From NCBI GenBank assembly GCA_052386995.1, contig JBQTJP010000252.1:1-57262 (forward strand): DNA of 57,262 bases, read 5' to 3'. Every line of letters starts with the position of its first letter. The first letter of the stretch is position 1. A program made the position numbers and the translations under genes. Below, piece by piece: positions 36,397 through 45,613 of the stretch. The notes under the pieces are model-generated. The model was not told the origin of the DNA. It did no database searches and was given only the letters and a program-made list of their open reading frames with translations. Origin of the DNA: Armatimonadota bacterium (GTDB taxonomy: Bacteria > Sysuimicrobiota > Sysuimicrobiia > Sysuimicrobiales > Humicultoraceae).

Positions 36397-37965
36397 ATGA
36401 ACGTCTTGCCGGGCCGCGCGTTCGTCCTGTTCGTAATTCTGGCCATGGTCGTGCTGGTTGCCCTTCCAGTCACGCCGCTGACCCCGACCTGGGCTCAGCA
36501 GCCGCGTCGGGGTGGGGCACTGCGGATCGCGCACATCGGCGAGCCGCCCACGCTGGACCAGCACGCGACAACGGCCGCGATCACCAGCCACATCATGTAC
36601 CACGTCAACGAGGGCCTCTTCGCCCTCAACAGCAAGTTCGAGCCGAAGCCGATGCTCGTCGACAAATGGTCCCTGAGCGGCGACCGGCTGACGTACACCT
36701 TTACGCTGCGCAAGGTAAAGTTTCACAGCGGCAAAGACCTGACCAGCGAGGACGTGAAAGCGTCGCTCGAGCGATGGAGCCGCATGGCCGCCAACGGCCG
36801 GGCGATGTTTGCCACCGTGACCTCGGTCACCGCCCAGGATCCGTCTACAGTGGTCATCAAGCTGCGAGAGCCGAATGGGCTGCTGCCGCTCTATCTCGGC
36901 CTCTCCGGACAGGGAGCCGTCATCTTCCCCAAGGACACTATCGATGAAGCCGGGGCCGGCCCGCTCAAGCGGTTCATCAGCACCGGACCGTACAGGTTCG
37001 TCGAGCACCTGCCCGACCGGCACATCCGGCTCGATCGCTTCGATGGCTATGTCGCCCGTACCGAGAACCCCGACGGGGCGACCGGCAAGAAGAACGCGTA
37101 CTTCGATTCGATCTTCATCATCCCGGTACCGGATCCCGCGGTGAGGATCGCCGGTGTGAAGCGCAACGAGTACCAATTCGCCGAGACCGTACCCCCGGAC
37201 GAGTACGACAGGCTGCGCGCGGACAGCGATTTCGTGCCGTACATCAACAAGACGGCGACCTGGCTCACCGCGGTGTTCAACAACAGGTCGCCGCTAATGT
37301 CGAACAAGAAGATCCGCCAGGCCTTCCAGGCCGCCCTCGACCAGGAGTCCGTCATGCGGGCCTCCTATGGTCAGCCGCGCTTCTGGCGGCTCGATCCCGG
37401 CCTCATGCCCAAAGAGCACTATATGTGGACCGACGGGGGCAAAGAGTACGTCAACCAGAAGAATCCCGCCAAGGCGCGGCAGCTGCTCGCCGAGTCCGGC
37501 TACAAGGGCGAGCCGGTCCGATGGGTGACGACCATGGAGTATGTCGCCTACGGCACGACCGCTCAGCTGGTCAAGCCGATGCTGGAGCGTGTCGGCTTCA
37601 CCGTGGATCTCCAGGTTGTGGACTGGGCCACCGTGGTCTCGCGCCGGTCGAGGCCCGAGCTCTACGACGTCTTCAGCACGGCCTTCGGCTTCGTGCCCGA
37701 CCCGGTCTTCATGCTCGCGCTCAACCCCACGTGGCCCGGATGGTTCGACAACCGGGACCTGAACGCGATGATGACGCTGCTGCGGAGGCATTCCGACCCG
37801 AAGGTGCGACAAGACCTGTGGAACCGGATGCAGAAGCTGTGGTACGAGGAGGCGGGATCGATCAAGTTCGGCGACTACTTCCTCCTCCACCTCCATCGCA
37901 AGGAACTCAAAGGCTACGAAAACGTACCAACCCACATCTGGTGGAACGCGTGGCTTGATCGCTGA
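36397..37965 (+). CDS. ABC substrate-binding protein, family 5 (paralog 2)
   Basis: AQQPRRGGALRIAHIGEPPTLD, collinear with paralog 1. Confidence 0.93.
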   Translation: MNVLPGRAFVLFVILAMVVLVALPVTPLTPTWAQQPRRGGALRIAHIGEPPTLDQHATTAAITSHIMYHVNEGLFALNSKFEPKPMLVDKWSLSGDRLTYTFTLRKVKFHSGKDLTSEDVKASLERWSRMAANGRAMFATVTSVTAQDPSTVVIKLREPNGLLPLYLGLSGQGAVIFPKDTIDEAGAGPLKRFISTGPYRFVEHLPDRHIRLDRFDGYVARTENPDGATGKKNAYFDSIFIIPVPDPAVRIAGVKRNEYQFAETVPPDEYDRLRADSDFVPYINKTATWLTAVFNNRSPLMSNKKIRQAFQAALDQESVMRASYGQPRFWRLDPGLMPKEHYMWTDGGKEYVNQKNPAKARQLLAESGYKGEPVRWVTTMEYVAYGTTAQLVKPMLERVGFTVDLQVVDWATVVSRRSRPELYDVFSTAFGFVPDPVFMLALNPTWPGWFDNRDLNAMMTLLRRHSDPKVRQDLWNRMQKLWYEEAGSIKFGDYFLLHLHRKELKGYENVPTHIWWNAWLDR

Positions 37966-37980
37966 ACCTGCTTGCCCTGC

Positions 37981-38008
37981 GGGGGAGGGGGCTCACCGTC
38001 CCCTCCCC
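37981..38008 (+). terminator. GC-rich intergenic stem-loop
   Basis: GGGGAGGGG...CCCCTCCCC hairpin between paralogs 2 and 3. Confidence 0.5.
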
Positions 38009-38042
38009 TACCTGTTGGGATCGTCAACGGGGGGTGAAAAAC

Positions 38043-39608
38043 ATGGACCGATGGAGACGTCTTGCGACCGTCTCAGTCTGCGCGTGCGCCCTGCTCGTCG
38101 GGTTGCTTGCGGGCCCCGGCGCCGTAGCGCAGCCGCGGAGGGGCGGAACGTTGCGGTACGCTCACTACGCCGAACCGCCGACGTTGGACCTGCACTGGAC
38201 GACCGCGGCCATCGTGGGAGATATTACCCGCTTCATGTACGAGGGCCTGTTCGCGCTCAACAGTCGCAGTGAACCGCAGCCGCTCTTAGTTCACTCGTGG
38301 AAAGTCACGCCCGACCGGCAGACGTATACATTCGTCCTGCGCCAGGGGATCCAGTTCCATCACGGCCGCGAGATGTTGGCGGATGATGTCGTCGCGTCGC
38401 TGGCGCGATGGGGCCGGATCGCCTCCCGCGGCCGCGAACTCTTTTCGCAGGTGGCCAGCCTGACCGCGACTGACCGCTACACCGTCCAGATGAAGCTGCG
38501 GGAGCCGAACGCGCTGGTCACGGCTACGCTGGCCTTTCCGGGCCAGGGGGCCGTAGTCTATCCCAAGGAAATCGTCGACGAAGTTGGCACCGGGCAGATC
38601 CGGCGGTTTATCGGCACGGGCCCCTATCGCCTAGTCGAGCACCTGCCCGACCGGCACATCAAACTGGAGCGCTTCGATCGGTACCAGCCGCGCTCCGAGC
38701 CAGGGAATGGCCTGGCGGGCGCGCGTCCGGCCAACTTCGATACGATCCTCATCATGCCGGTGCCGGACCCGGCGGTGCGCATCGCCGGCGTGCAGCGCGC
38801 CGAGTACGACTTCGCCCATGCTGTGCCTCCCGATGAGTACGACCGGCTCCGTCAGGACTCACGGGTAGTCACCTACGTCGAGCCCTCGGCCTCATGGCTG
38901 ATCGGCCAGTTCAACAAACGCCAGGGGATCCTCACCAACAAGACACTCCGTCACGCGATCCTCGCCGCCCTGGACATGGACAAGGTCATGTCCGGCGCGT
39001 TCGGTCCTCGGGCGCTCTGGCGACTGGATGTCAGCCTCCTGCCCAAGGAAACCGCCATGTGGGCCGACGTCGGGAAAGAGTACTACAATCAGAAGAATCC
39101 CGAGCGTGCCCGCAAGTTGATGGCCGAAGCCGGCTACCGGGGAGAGCCGATCCGGTGGTTAACCTCTCCGGAGCGGCCGACGTACTTCGACGCCACACAG
39201 ATCGCCAAGGCCCAGTTAGAGGCCGCCGGCTTCAAGGTCGAACTCGTCACCACTGACTGGGCGACGCTGCTGACGCGCCGCACTCGCTCTGAACTGTGGG
39301 ATATCTTCACCACGGGGATGCTGTCGCCTCTGACCGATCCCTCGCTGCTGTTGGCGATGCTACCGAACTGGCCCGGCTGGTACGAGAGCCGCGAAGTAGC
39401 CGGTCTTCTCAAACTCCTCAGCCGGCACGCGGATCCCAAGGTGCGCCTCGACCTCTGGCGGCGAGCGCAGAAGCAGTTCTGGGAAGATGCGGCGGCGATC
39501 AAGTTCGGGGACTTCTTCGTCCTGCACCTGCATCGCCGGGAGCTGAAGGGTATCGTTGGATCACCCCTCATCGATCTCGGCAGCACCTATCTGGAAGGAG
39601 GCCGGTGA
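38043..39608 (+). CDS. ABC substrate-binding protein, family 5 (paralog 3)
   Basis: AQPRRGGTLRYAHYAEPPTLD, collinear with paralogs 1 and 2. Confidence 0.93.
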   Translation: MDRWRRLATVSVCACALLVGLLAGPGAVAQPRRGGTLRYAHYAEPPTLDLHWTTAAIVGDITRFMYEGLFALNSRSEPQPLLVHSWKVTPDRQTYTFVLRQGIQFHHGREMLADDVVASLARWGRIASRGRELFSQVASLTATDRYTVQMKLREPNALVTATLAFPGQGAVVYPKEIVDEVGTGQIRRFIGTGPYRLVEHLPDRHIKLERFDRYQPRSEPGNGLAGARPANFDTILIMPVPDPAVRIAGVQRAEYDFAHAVPPDEYDRLRQDSRVVTYVEPSASWLIGQFNKRQGILTNKTLRHAILAALDMDKVMSGAFGPRALWRLDVSLLPKETAMWADVGKEYYNQKNPERARKLMAEAGYRGEPIRWLTSPERPTYFDATQIAKAQLEAAGFKVELVTTDWATLLTRRTRSELWDIFTTGMLSPLTDPSLLLAMLPNWPGWYESREVAGLLKLLSRHADPKVRLDLWRRAQKQFWEDAAAIKFGDFFVLHLHRRELKGIVGSPLIDLGSTYLEGGR

Positions 39609-39621
39609 ACGGATCGCCCCC

Positions 39622-40566
39622 ATGACCGGCTATGTCGCCCGCAGGCTGCTTGCCCTGCTGCCGGTCCTGCTCATTGTTGCCACCGTAGGGTTCTTCCTCA
39701 TTTATCTGACGCCCGGAGATCCGGCCGCCGTGATGCTCGGGCCGGACGCGACGGACGAAGACCTCCAGACCCTGCGCGGGATCATGGGCCTGGACCGGCC
39801 GCTGCTCGTGCAGCTCGTCCTGTGGTACAGCCGGACGCTGCGGGGAGACCTCGGCTACTCGATCTTCCTGCAGCGGCCCGTACTGCAGGCCATCTTCGAG
39901 CGGCTGGAGCCCACGATGCTGCTCACGATGATGGCGCTCGCCGTGGCGGTCGGCATCGGCATTCCCGCCGGTGTGGCCGCCGCGGTCCGGCGCAACTCCT
40001 GGGTCGATCAGGCCTCTATGGGAGTGTCGCTGTTGGGCGTGTCGATGCCGGGCTTCTGGCTCGGCCTGAACCTGATTCTGGTCTTCTCGGTCTATCTCGG
40101 GCTCTTTCCGGTGGCCGGCTACGTGCCCGTACACGAGTCCGTCGCCGGCGCTATCCGATCGCTGGTGCTGCCAGCGGTCACGCTGGGATTCGGCGGCTCG
40201 GCGCTGATCGCGCGCATGACGCGGTCGAGCATGCTGGAAGTGCTCGGCCAGGACTACGTGCGAACCGCGCGCGCGAAAGGCAATCGGGAGCCCCGCGTCA
40301 TCATCGGCCACGCGCTGCGCAACGCGATGATCCCGACGGTGACGGTGGTCGGCCTGGCGCTCGGCGGCCTGCTGGCCGGGGCGATCGTCACCGAGACCGT
40401 CTTTGCGCTGCCCGGCGTTGGCCGGCTGGTGATCTCGTCCGTGCTGCGGCGGGACTACCCTGTCGTCCAGGGCGTCCTGATGTTCATTACCACGATCTAC
40501 GTGCTCGTAAATCTATTGATCGATGTGCTCTACGTCTATCTGGATCCCCGGGTGAAGTATGCGTGA
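39622..40566 (+). CDS. peptide/nickel ABC permease (DppB-like)
   Basis: TPGDPA, GDLGYS, DYVRTARAKG, LDPRVKY. Confidence 0.94.
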   Translation: MTGYVARRLLALLPVLLIVATVGFFLIYLTPGDPAAVMLGPDATDEDLQTLRGIMGLDRPLLVQLVLWYSRTLRGDLGYSIFLQRPVLQAIFERLEPTMLLTMMALAVAVGIGIPAGVAAAVRRNSWVDQASMGVSLLGVSMPGFWLGLNLILVFSVYLGLFPVAGYVPVHESVAGAIRSLVLPAVTLGFGGSALIARMTRSSMLEVLGQDYVRTARAKGNREPRVIIGHALRNAMIPTVTVVGLALGGLLAGAIVTETVFALPGVGRLVISSVLRRDYPVVQGVLMFITTIYVLVNLLIDVLYVYLDPRVKYA

Positions 40567-41461
40567 GGCAGGGCTGCAGGAGCACGCGGCCTTCCCCGCC
40601 TATGCCGCGAGGCCGGTGGGGCTTTGGCCCCTCGTCCTGCGGGCGCTGAGCCGAAGCCGATCCACGACGATCGGCGGCGCGATCGTCCTGCTGGTCCTGC
40701 TCGTCGCCATACTGGCGCCGCTGCTCTCGCCCTATGACCCATTGGGGATCGATGTCCCAAGCCGGCTGGTCGGCCCCGGCGCGGAACATCTCTTCGGCAC
40801 CGACAACATGGGCCGCGACATCTTCAGCCGGGTGGTCTTTGGGGCGAGGATCTCGCTGCTCATCGGGAGTCTCGTCGTCACGTGTGCCGCGGGCGTCGGA
40901 ATCGTGCTCGGCCTGCTCGCCGGCTACAACAACAAGCTGGACCGCGTCCTCATGCGCATCATGGATGGCCTGATGGCCTTCCCGACCACCCTGCTCGCGA
41001 TCGCGCTGATGGCGGCCCTGGGGGCCAGGCTGTCGAACGTTATCATCGCGCTGGCGATCGTCTTCACGCCGCGTGTCGCCCGCGTCGTCCGAAGCGTCGC
41101 CCTCGTGGTTCGCGAGCTCGACTATGTGCAGGCGGCCCAGGCCCTCGGCGCCTCAGACGCGCGCATCCTGGCCCGCCATGTGCTCCCGAACTGTCTCGCC
41201 CCGGTCATCGTGCAGGGGACGTTCATCTTTGCGGAGTCAGTGCTGGCCGAGGCCGCCTTGAGCTTTCTGGGCGTGGGCCTCCCGCCGTACATTCCGAGTT
41301 GGGGAACGATCATCACCGCGGGCCGGATGTTCATGCAGATCGCGCCGTGGATCACGATCTTCCCGGGGGTGGCAATTCTGGTAGCGGTGCTGGGGCTCAA
41401 CCTGCTGGGAGACGGCCTGCGCGATCTGGCCGATCCACGCCTGCGCGGCCGGCTGGGGTGA
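40559..41461 (+). CDS. peptide/nickel ABC permease (DppC-like)
   Basis: HLFGTDNMGRDI, EAALSFLG, GDGLRDLADPR. Confidence 0.94.
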   Translation: MREAGLQEHAAFPAYAARPVGLWPLVLRALSRSRSTTIGGAIVLLVLLVAILAPLLSPYDPLGIDVPSRLVGPGAEHLFGTDNMGRDIFSRVVFGARISLLIGSLVVTCAAGVGIVLGLLAGYNNKLDRVLMRIMDGLMAFPTTLLAIALMAALGARLSNVIIALAIVFTPRVARVVRSVALVVRELDYVQAAQALGASDARILARHVLPNCLAPVIVQGTFIFAESVLAEAALSFLGVGLPPYIPSWGTIITAGRMFMQIAPWITIFPGVAILVAVLGLNLLGDGLRDLADPRLRGRLG

Positions 41462-41620
41462 GTCGCGACCCAGCCGATGCGTGGGAGCGGTGGCGTCAGG
41501 CCATCGCCCAAGACCGCAGGGATCGAAGCCGAACTCCAACGCCTCGGGCTCTGGCAACCCAGCCGTTCGCCCCGAAAAAGCACGCGCCACTGCCGATATA
41601 GGTTACGAAGGTCCTTGACC

Positions 41621-41664
41621 TTGACAACGCAGAGGCGGCTCTCTATTGTAGTGACGTCACTACA
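41621..41664 (+). promoter_or_regulatory. sigma70 promoter TTGACA-N17-TATTGT overlapped by an 18-bp perfect palindrome (TA autoregulatory operator)
   Basis: TGTAGTGAC|GTCACTACA at 41647-41664 covers the -10 box and start site. Confidence 0.75.
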
Positions 41665-41690
41665 TCCAAGGGCGAAAAGGTTGAAAAACG

Positions 41691-41969
41691 ATGCGGCTGG
41701 GGCTTCGGGAGGCAAATCAATATTTCTCGAAGGCGATCAGGGCCGTGAAGGCCGGAGAAGAAGTCGTACTCACCGAGCGCGGCAAGCCGATCGCGGTGAT
41801 CCGGCCGCTCCCTGCGGCACCTGGAGAAGAAGAAGCAGTTCAGCGCATGGTGGCCGCGGGGCTACTAAGGCCAGCGTTGATTCCGCGACCTATGGGCCCG
41901 TGGAAGCCTCTGCGCATCAGGGGAGGCCCCATCACCAAGACGCTGCGCGAGATGCGTGACGCCGATTAA
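41691..41969 (+). CDS. vapB: type II antitoxin, Phd/YefM family
   Basis: LREANQYFSKAIRAVKAGEEVVLTERGKPIAVIRP. Confidence 0.88.
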   Translation: MRLGLREANQYFSKAIRAVKAGEEVVLTERGKPIAVIRPLPAAPGEEEAVQRMVAAGLLRPALIPRPMGPWKPLRIRGGPITKTLREMRDAD

Positions 41970-42406
41970 TGAAGTCCTCTAGAGCGTATTTCGACACCAG
42001 TGCGCTCTTGAAGCGCTACCTCTTGGAGTCGGGATCCGATCGAGCGCGGGCGCTCCAGAGAACCTACAGAGTACTATCTTCCGCTGTGATGCCAGTAGAA
42101 GTAGCATCCGCTCTATCTCGCCGCAAGACGTTGGGCAATCTGGCGGAGCGTCAGCTGAGCGCCATTCTCAGCAGGATTCGCAGCGATCGTGTCCGCTGGG
42201 AGTTAGTGGAGGTTGATCGACCAGTATTGACCAAAGCGGAAGACCTCGTCATACAGAACTCGCTGCGCCCCCTTGATGCTATCCACCTTGCCTCTGCGCT
42301 CTCATTCCTGACCATAACCGGAGTGCGCATAAACTTCGTCACCGCAGACGAGCGTCAACGTGAGGTGGCCGGTACCCTGGGCCTCAACGTCATCTGGGTA
42401 GGCTGA
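41969..42406 (+). CDS. vapC: PIN-domain ribonuclease toxin
   Basis: YFDTSALLKRY, EVASAL, LRPLDAIHLASA, FVTADERQ. TAATG coupling with the antitoxin. Confidence 0.92.
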   Translation: MKSSRAYFDTSALLKRYLLESGSDRARALQRTYRVLSSAVMPVEVASALSRRKTLGNLAERQLSAILSRIRSDRVRWELVEVDRPVLTKAEDLVIQNSLRPLDAIHLASALSFLTITGVRINFVTADERQREVAGTLGLNVIWVG

Positions 42407-42415
42407 AACCGAAGA

Positions 42416-45400
42416 CTACGAGCCGAGCGGGACAAGGTCGGTGCTGGTGGCCGGCGCGAAGGCTTCGAGCATGGCCCGCGCCGTTTCCAGCGATGTCATC
42501 ATGGGGACGTTCAGTTCGGCGGCGGCCCGGCGGAGCGCGAACCCCGCGCGGCGAGAGTGCCAACCGTGCGTCGGCGTGTTGACGACCACGTCGATCTTGC
42601 GGCTGCGTACCAGGGCGACGGTCTCCTGCGATCCCACGATTTGCGCAGCGATACCGCGGGCCGCCAGCGCTGCGGCCGTGCCCGGTGTCGCCAGGAGTGT
42701 GAACCCGGCGTCTGAGGCCGCGCCCGCCAGGTCGGCTGCCTCAGCCTTGTCGCGGTCGGCAACGGAGATCAGCAGCGTGCGCCCCAGTTCCGGCGGAAAC
42801 CCTGCCGCCACGAACGCCTTGCGCAGAGCCGCGGCCGGCGTGGGACCTGTGCCCATCACCTCGCCCGTGGAACGCATCTCGGGGCCGAGCAGCGGATCGG
42901 CGCCAAACAACTTGCCGCTGGAGAACACCGGCGCCTTCACCGCCCACCGGGCCGGCGGAGGCAAGAGCGTCACGCCGGCGTAGCCGAACTCAGCGAGCGA
43001 GCGGCCGAGCATCACCTCAGTGGCCAGGCGCACCAGCGGCACACTCGTCGCTTTGCTGACGAACGGCACCGTCCGGCTGGCGCGCAGATTGACCTCGAGG
43101 ACATACGGAATCCCCTGCCAGATCACGAACTGAATGTTGAGAAACCCTTGCACCCGCAGGGCCCAGGAGATGCGCGACGCGTAATCGATCATGATCCGGG
43201 TCACATCCGGATTCACCGAGCGCGCCGGCAGCAGCGCCAAACTGTCCCCGGAGTGCACGCCCGCGCGCTCGATTTGCTCCATCAGCGCCGGGACCACTAG
43301 ATTCGTGCCGTCCGCGACCGCGTCGAGCTCGACCTCCAGCCCTCCGAGATAGCGATCAAGCAGGACCGGACCGGACTTCGAGGCCAGCGCCTGCGTCGCG
43401 GCGTCACGCACGTCGTCGATCGACCGCGCGACCACCATCCCACGGCCACCAAGCACATACGACGGGCGCACGAGAAGCGGCAGGCCTTCACGCCTGGCGA
43501 TCTGGAGCGCCTCTTCGAGCGAGGTTGCGGTCCATCCGTCGGGCTGCGGGATGCCGAGCTCGCGCAGCAGCGCAGCGAACTTGCGGCGGTCTTCCGACAC
43601 GTCCAGGCTCTCGACCGACGTGCCCAGCACGCGCACCCCGGCCTGCGCAAGCGGCACGGCCGCGTTCAGCGGGGTCTGCCCGCCGAACTGCACCAGGACG
43701 CCCTGCGCGCCCTCGCGCTCGACCACGGCGCGGATGTCTTCGGGCGTGAGTGGCTCGACGTACAGCCGGTCCGACAGATCGAAATCCGTCGAGACGGTCT
43801 CGGGGTTGTTGTTGATTACCACCGCCTCCCAGCCCGCCTGTTTGAGCGCCTGGACCGCGTGGACGGTGCAGTAGTCGAACTCAATCCCCTGCCCGATGCG
43901 AATGGGGCCCGAGCCCAAAACCACCGCGGCGCGCGTCTGCGCGCGCGGCACCTCGTCCTCGTCTTCATAGGTGCCGTAGAAGTATGGTGTGGCGGCCGGG
44001 AACTCTCCGGCGCAGGTGTCGACGCTCTTGTACGTGGGCACGAGACCAGCGGCCAGCCGGCGGACGCGCACGTCGCGAGGCCCGAGACCCGAAAAGTACG
44101 CGATCGCTCGGTCATCAAGCCCAAGGCGCAGCAGGCCGCGCAGCGTCCTCGCATCGAGGCCATCGCTGCGTGACGCGTCGCCTTCACCAGCGACGATGCG
44201 CGAGATCCCATCCAAAAAGAACAGGTCGATGCTGGTCGCGGCTGCCAGCGTGTCCGTTCGGGCCCCGCGCCGCAGCGCCTCGGCGAGAGCGAAGATCCGC
44301 TGCTCGTGGGGAACCCGTATGCGCGCCCACACGTCGTCATCGGACCAGGTCCTGACCATACGATGCCACAACCCGATGGCGCCTATATCGAGCGAACGCA
44401 CGCCTTTGAGGAGCGCTTCCTCGAAGGTGCGGCCCAGCGCCATGGCTTCCCCGGTGGATTTCATCTGGGTGCCGAGCGTGCGTTCGACCCCCGGGAACTT
44501 GTCGAAAGGCCAGCGCGGGATCTTGATGACGATGTAATCGAGGGCGGGCTCAAAGCACGCCGTGCCGCCCGTGATGGCGTTGGCGATTTCGTCCAGGCGT
44601 TGACCCAGCGCGATCTTGGTCGCGACCCGCGCGATCGGGTAGCCCGTAGCTTTGCTGGCCAGGGCGCTGGAGCGGCTGACCCGCGGGTTCACCTCGATGA
44701 TGTAATAGCGCTCGTTCCCCGGCCCTCCGGCCGGATCGAGCGCGAACTGCACGTTGCACGCGCCCTCGATGCCGAGTCCGCGCACGATGCGGATCGCCGC
44801 GGTCCGCAGGCGATGGTACGTACGGTCGGTCAGGGTCTGGCTCGGCGCGACGACGATCGAATCGCCCGTGTGCACGCCCATGGGGTCGACGTTCTCCATG
44901 TTGCAGATGGTGATGGCATTGTCGGCGCCGTCGCGCAGAACCTCATACTCAATCTCTTTCCATCCCACCACACTCTGCTCGACCAGCACCTGGCCGATCC
45001 GGCTGAGGCTGATGCCGCGGTGCGCGATCTCCCGCACCTCGTCCAGCGTCGCGGCCGCCCCGCCACCCGTGCCGCCGAGCGTGAACGCGGGCCGCACCAC
45101 GACCGGGAGGCCGATGCGCCGCGCGGCCGCCACCGCTCCGTCCACGGAGTCGACCGTCTCCGAACTGGGCAGCGGCTCACCCAGCGCGGCCATCGTCGCC
45201 TTAAACAGGGCCCGATCCTCCGCGCGGGCGACGGCTTCCATCGGGGTTCCCAGCACTCGCACGCCGAAGCGGTCGAGCACTCCGCCATCGGCCAGGGCGA
45301 CCGCGAGGTTGAGCCCGATTTGCCCTCCCATCGTCGCGAGCAGGCCCTGCGGCCGTTCGCGCGCGATGATCTCGGTGAGCACCTCGGGGATCAGCGGCTC

Positions 45401-45613
45401 GATGTAGACACGGTCTGCCACCTCGGCATCGGTCATGATGGTGGCCGGGTTGCTGTTGACGAGGACCACCTCCAAGCCGGCCTCTCGCAAAGCCCGGCAC
45501 GCCTGGGTACCGGAGTAATCGAACTCCGCGGCTTGCCCGATGATGATCGGGCCCGATCCGATGATGAGCACCTTGGTGAGGCCGTCCCGGGGTCGGTCAG
45601 TCGGAAGCCGCAC
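42416..45613 (-). CDS. carB: carbamoyl-phosphate synthase large subunit
   Basis: IGSGPIIIGQAAEFDYSG, duplicated ATP-grasp halves, C-terminal MGS domain. Confidence 0.97.
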   Translation of the reverse strand: MRLPTDRPRDGLTKVLIIGSGPIIIGQAAEFDYSGTQACRALREAGLEVVLVNSNPATIMTDAEVADRVYIEPLIPEVLTEIIARERPQGLLATMGGQIGLNLAVALADGGVLDRFGVRVLGTPMEAVARAEDRALFKATMAALGEPLPSSETVDSVDGAVAAARRIGLPVVVRPAFTLGGTGGGAAATLDEVREIAHRGISLSRIGQVLVEQSVVGWKEIEYEVLRDGADNAITICNMENVDPMGVHTGDSIVVAPSQTLTDRTYHRLRTAAIRIVRGLGIEGACNVQFALDPAGGPGNERYYIIEVNPRVSRSSALASKATGYPIARVATKIALGQRLDEIANAITGGTACFEPALDYIVIKIPRWPFDKFPGVERTLGTQMKSTGEAMALGRTFEEALLKGVRSLDIGAIGLWHRMVRTWSDDDVWARIRVPHEQRIFALAEALRRGARTDTLAAATSIDLFFLDGISRIVAGEGDASRSDGLDARTLRGLLRLGLDDRAIAYFSGLGPRDVRVRRLAAGLVPTYKSVDTCAGEFPAATPYFYGTYEDEDEVPRAQTRAAVVLGSGPIRIGQGIEFDYCTVHAVQALKQAGWEAVVINNNPETVSTDFDLSDRLYVEPLTPEDIRAVVEREGAQGVLVQFGGQTPLNAAVPLAQAGVRVLGTSVESLDVSEDRRKFAALLRELGIPQPDGWTATSLEEALQIARREGLPLLVRPSYVLGGRGMVVARSIDDVRDAATQALASKSGPVLLDRYLGGLEVELDAVADGTNLVVPALMEQIERAGVHSGDSLALLPARSVNPDVTRIMIDYASRISWALRVQGFLNIQFVIWQGIPYVLEVNLRASRTVPFVSKATSVPLVRLATEVMLGRSLAEFGYAGVTLLPPPARWAVKAPVFSSGKLFGADPLLGPEMRSTGEVMGTGPTPAAALRKAFVAAGFPPELGRTLLISVADRDKAEAADLAGAASDAGFTLLATPGTAAALAARGIAAQIVGSQETVALVRSRKIDVVVNTPTHGWHSRRAGFALRRAAAELNVPMMTSLETARAMLEAFAPATSTDLVPLGS

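Noticed and set aside
34806..39608. Repeated DNA blocks suggesting a CRISPR array or tandem repeat
   Set aside because: They are explained by three paralogous SBP genes. No regularly spaced short repeats were seen anywhere in the window.
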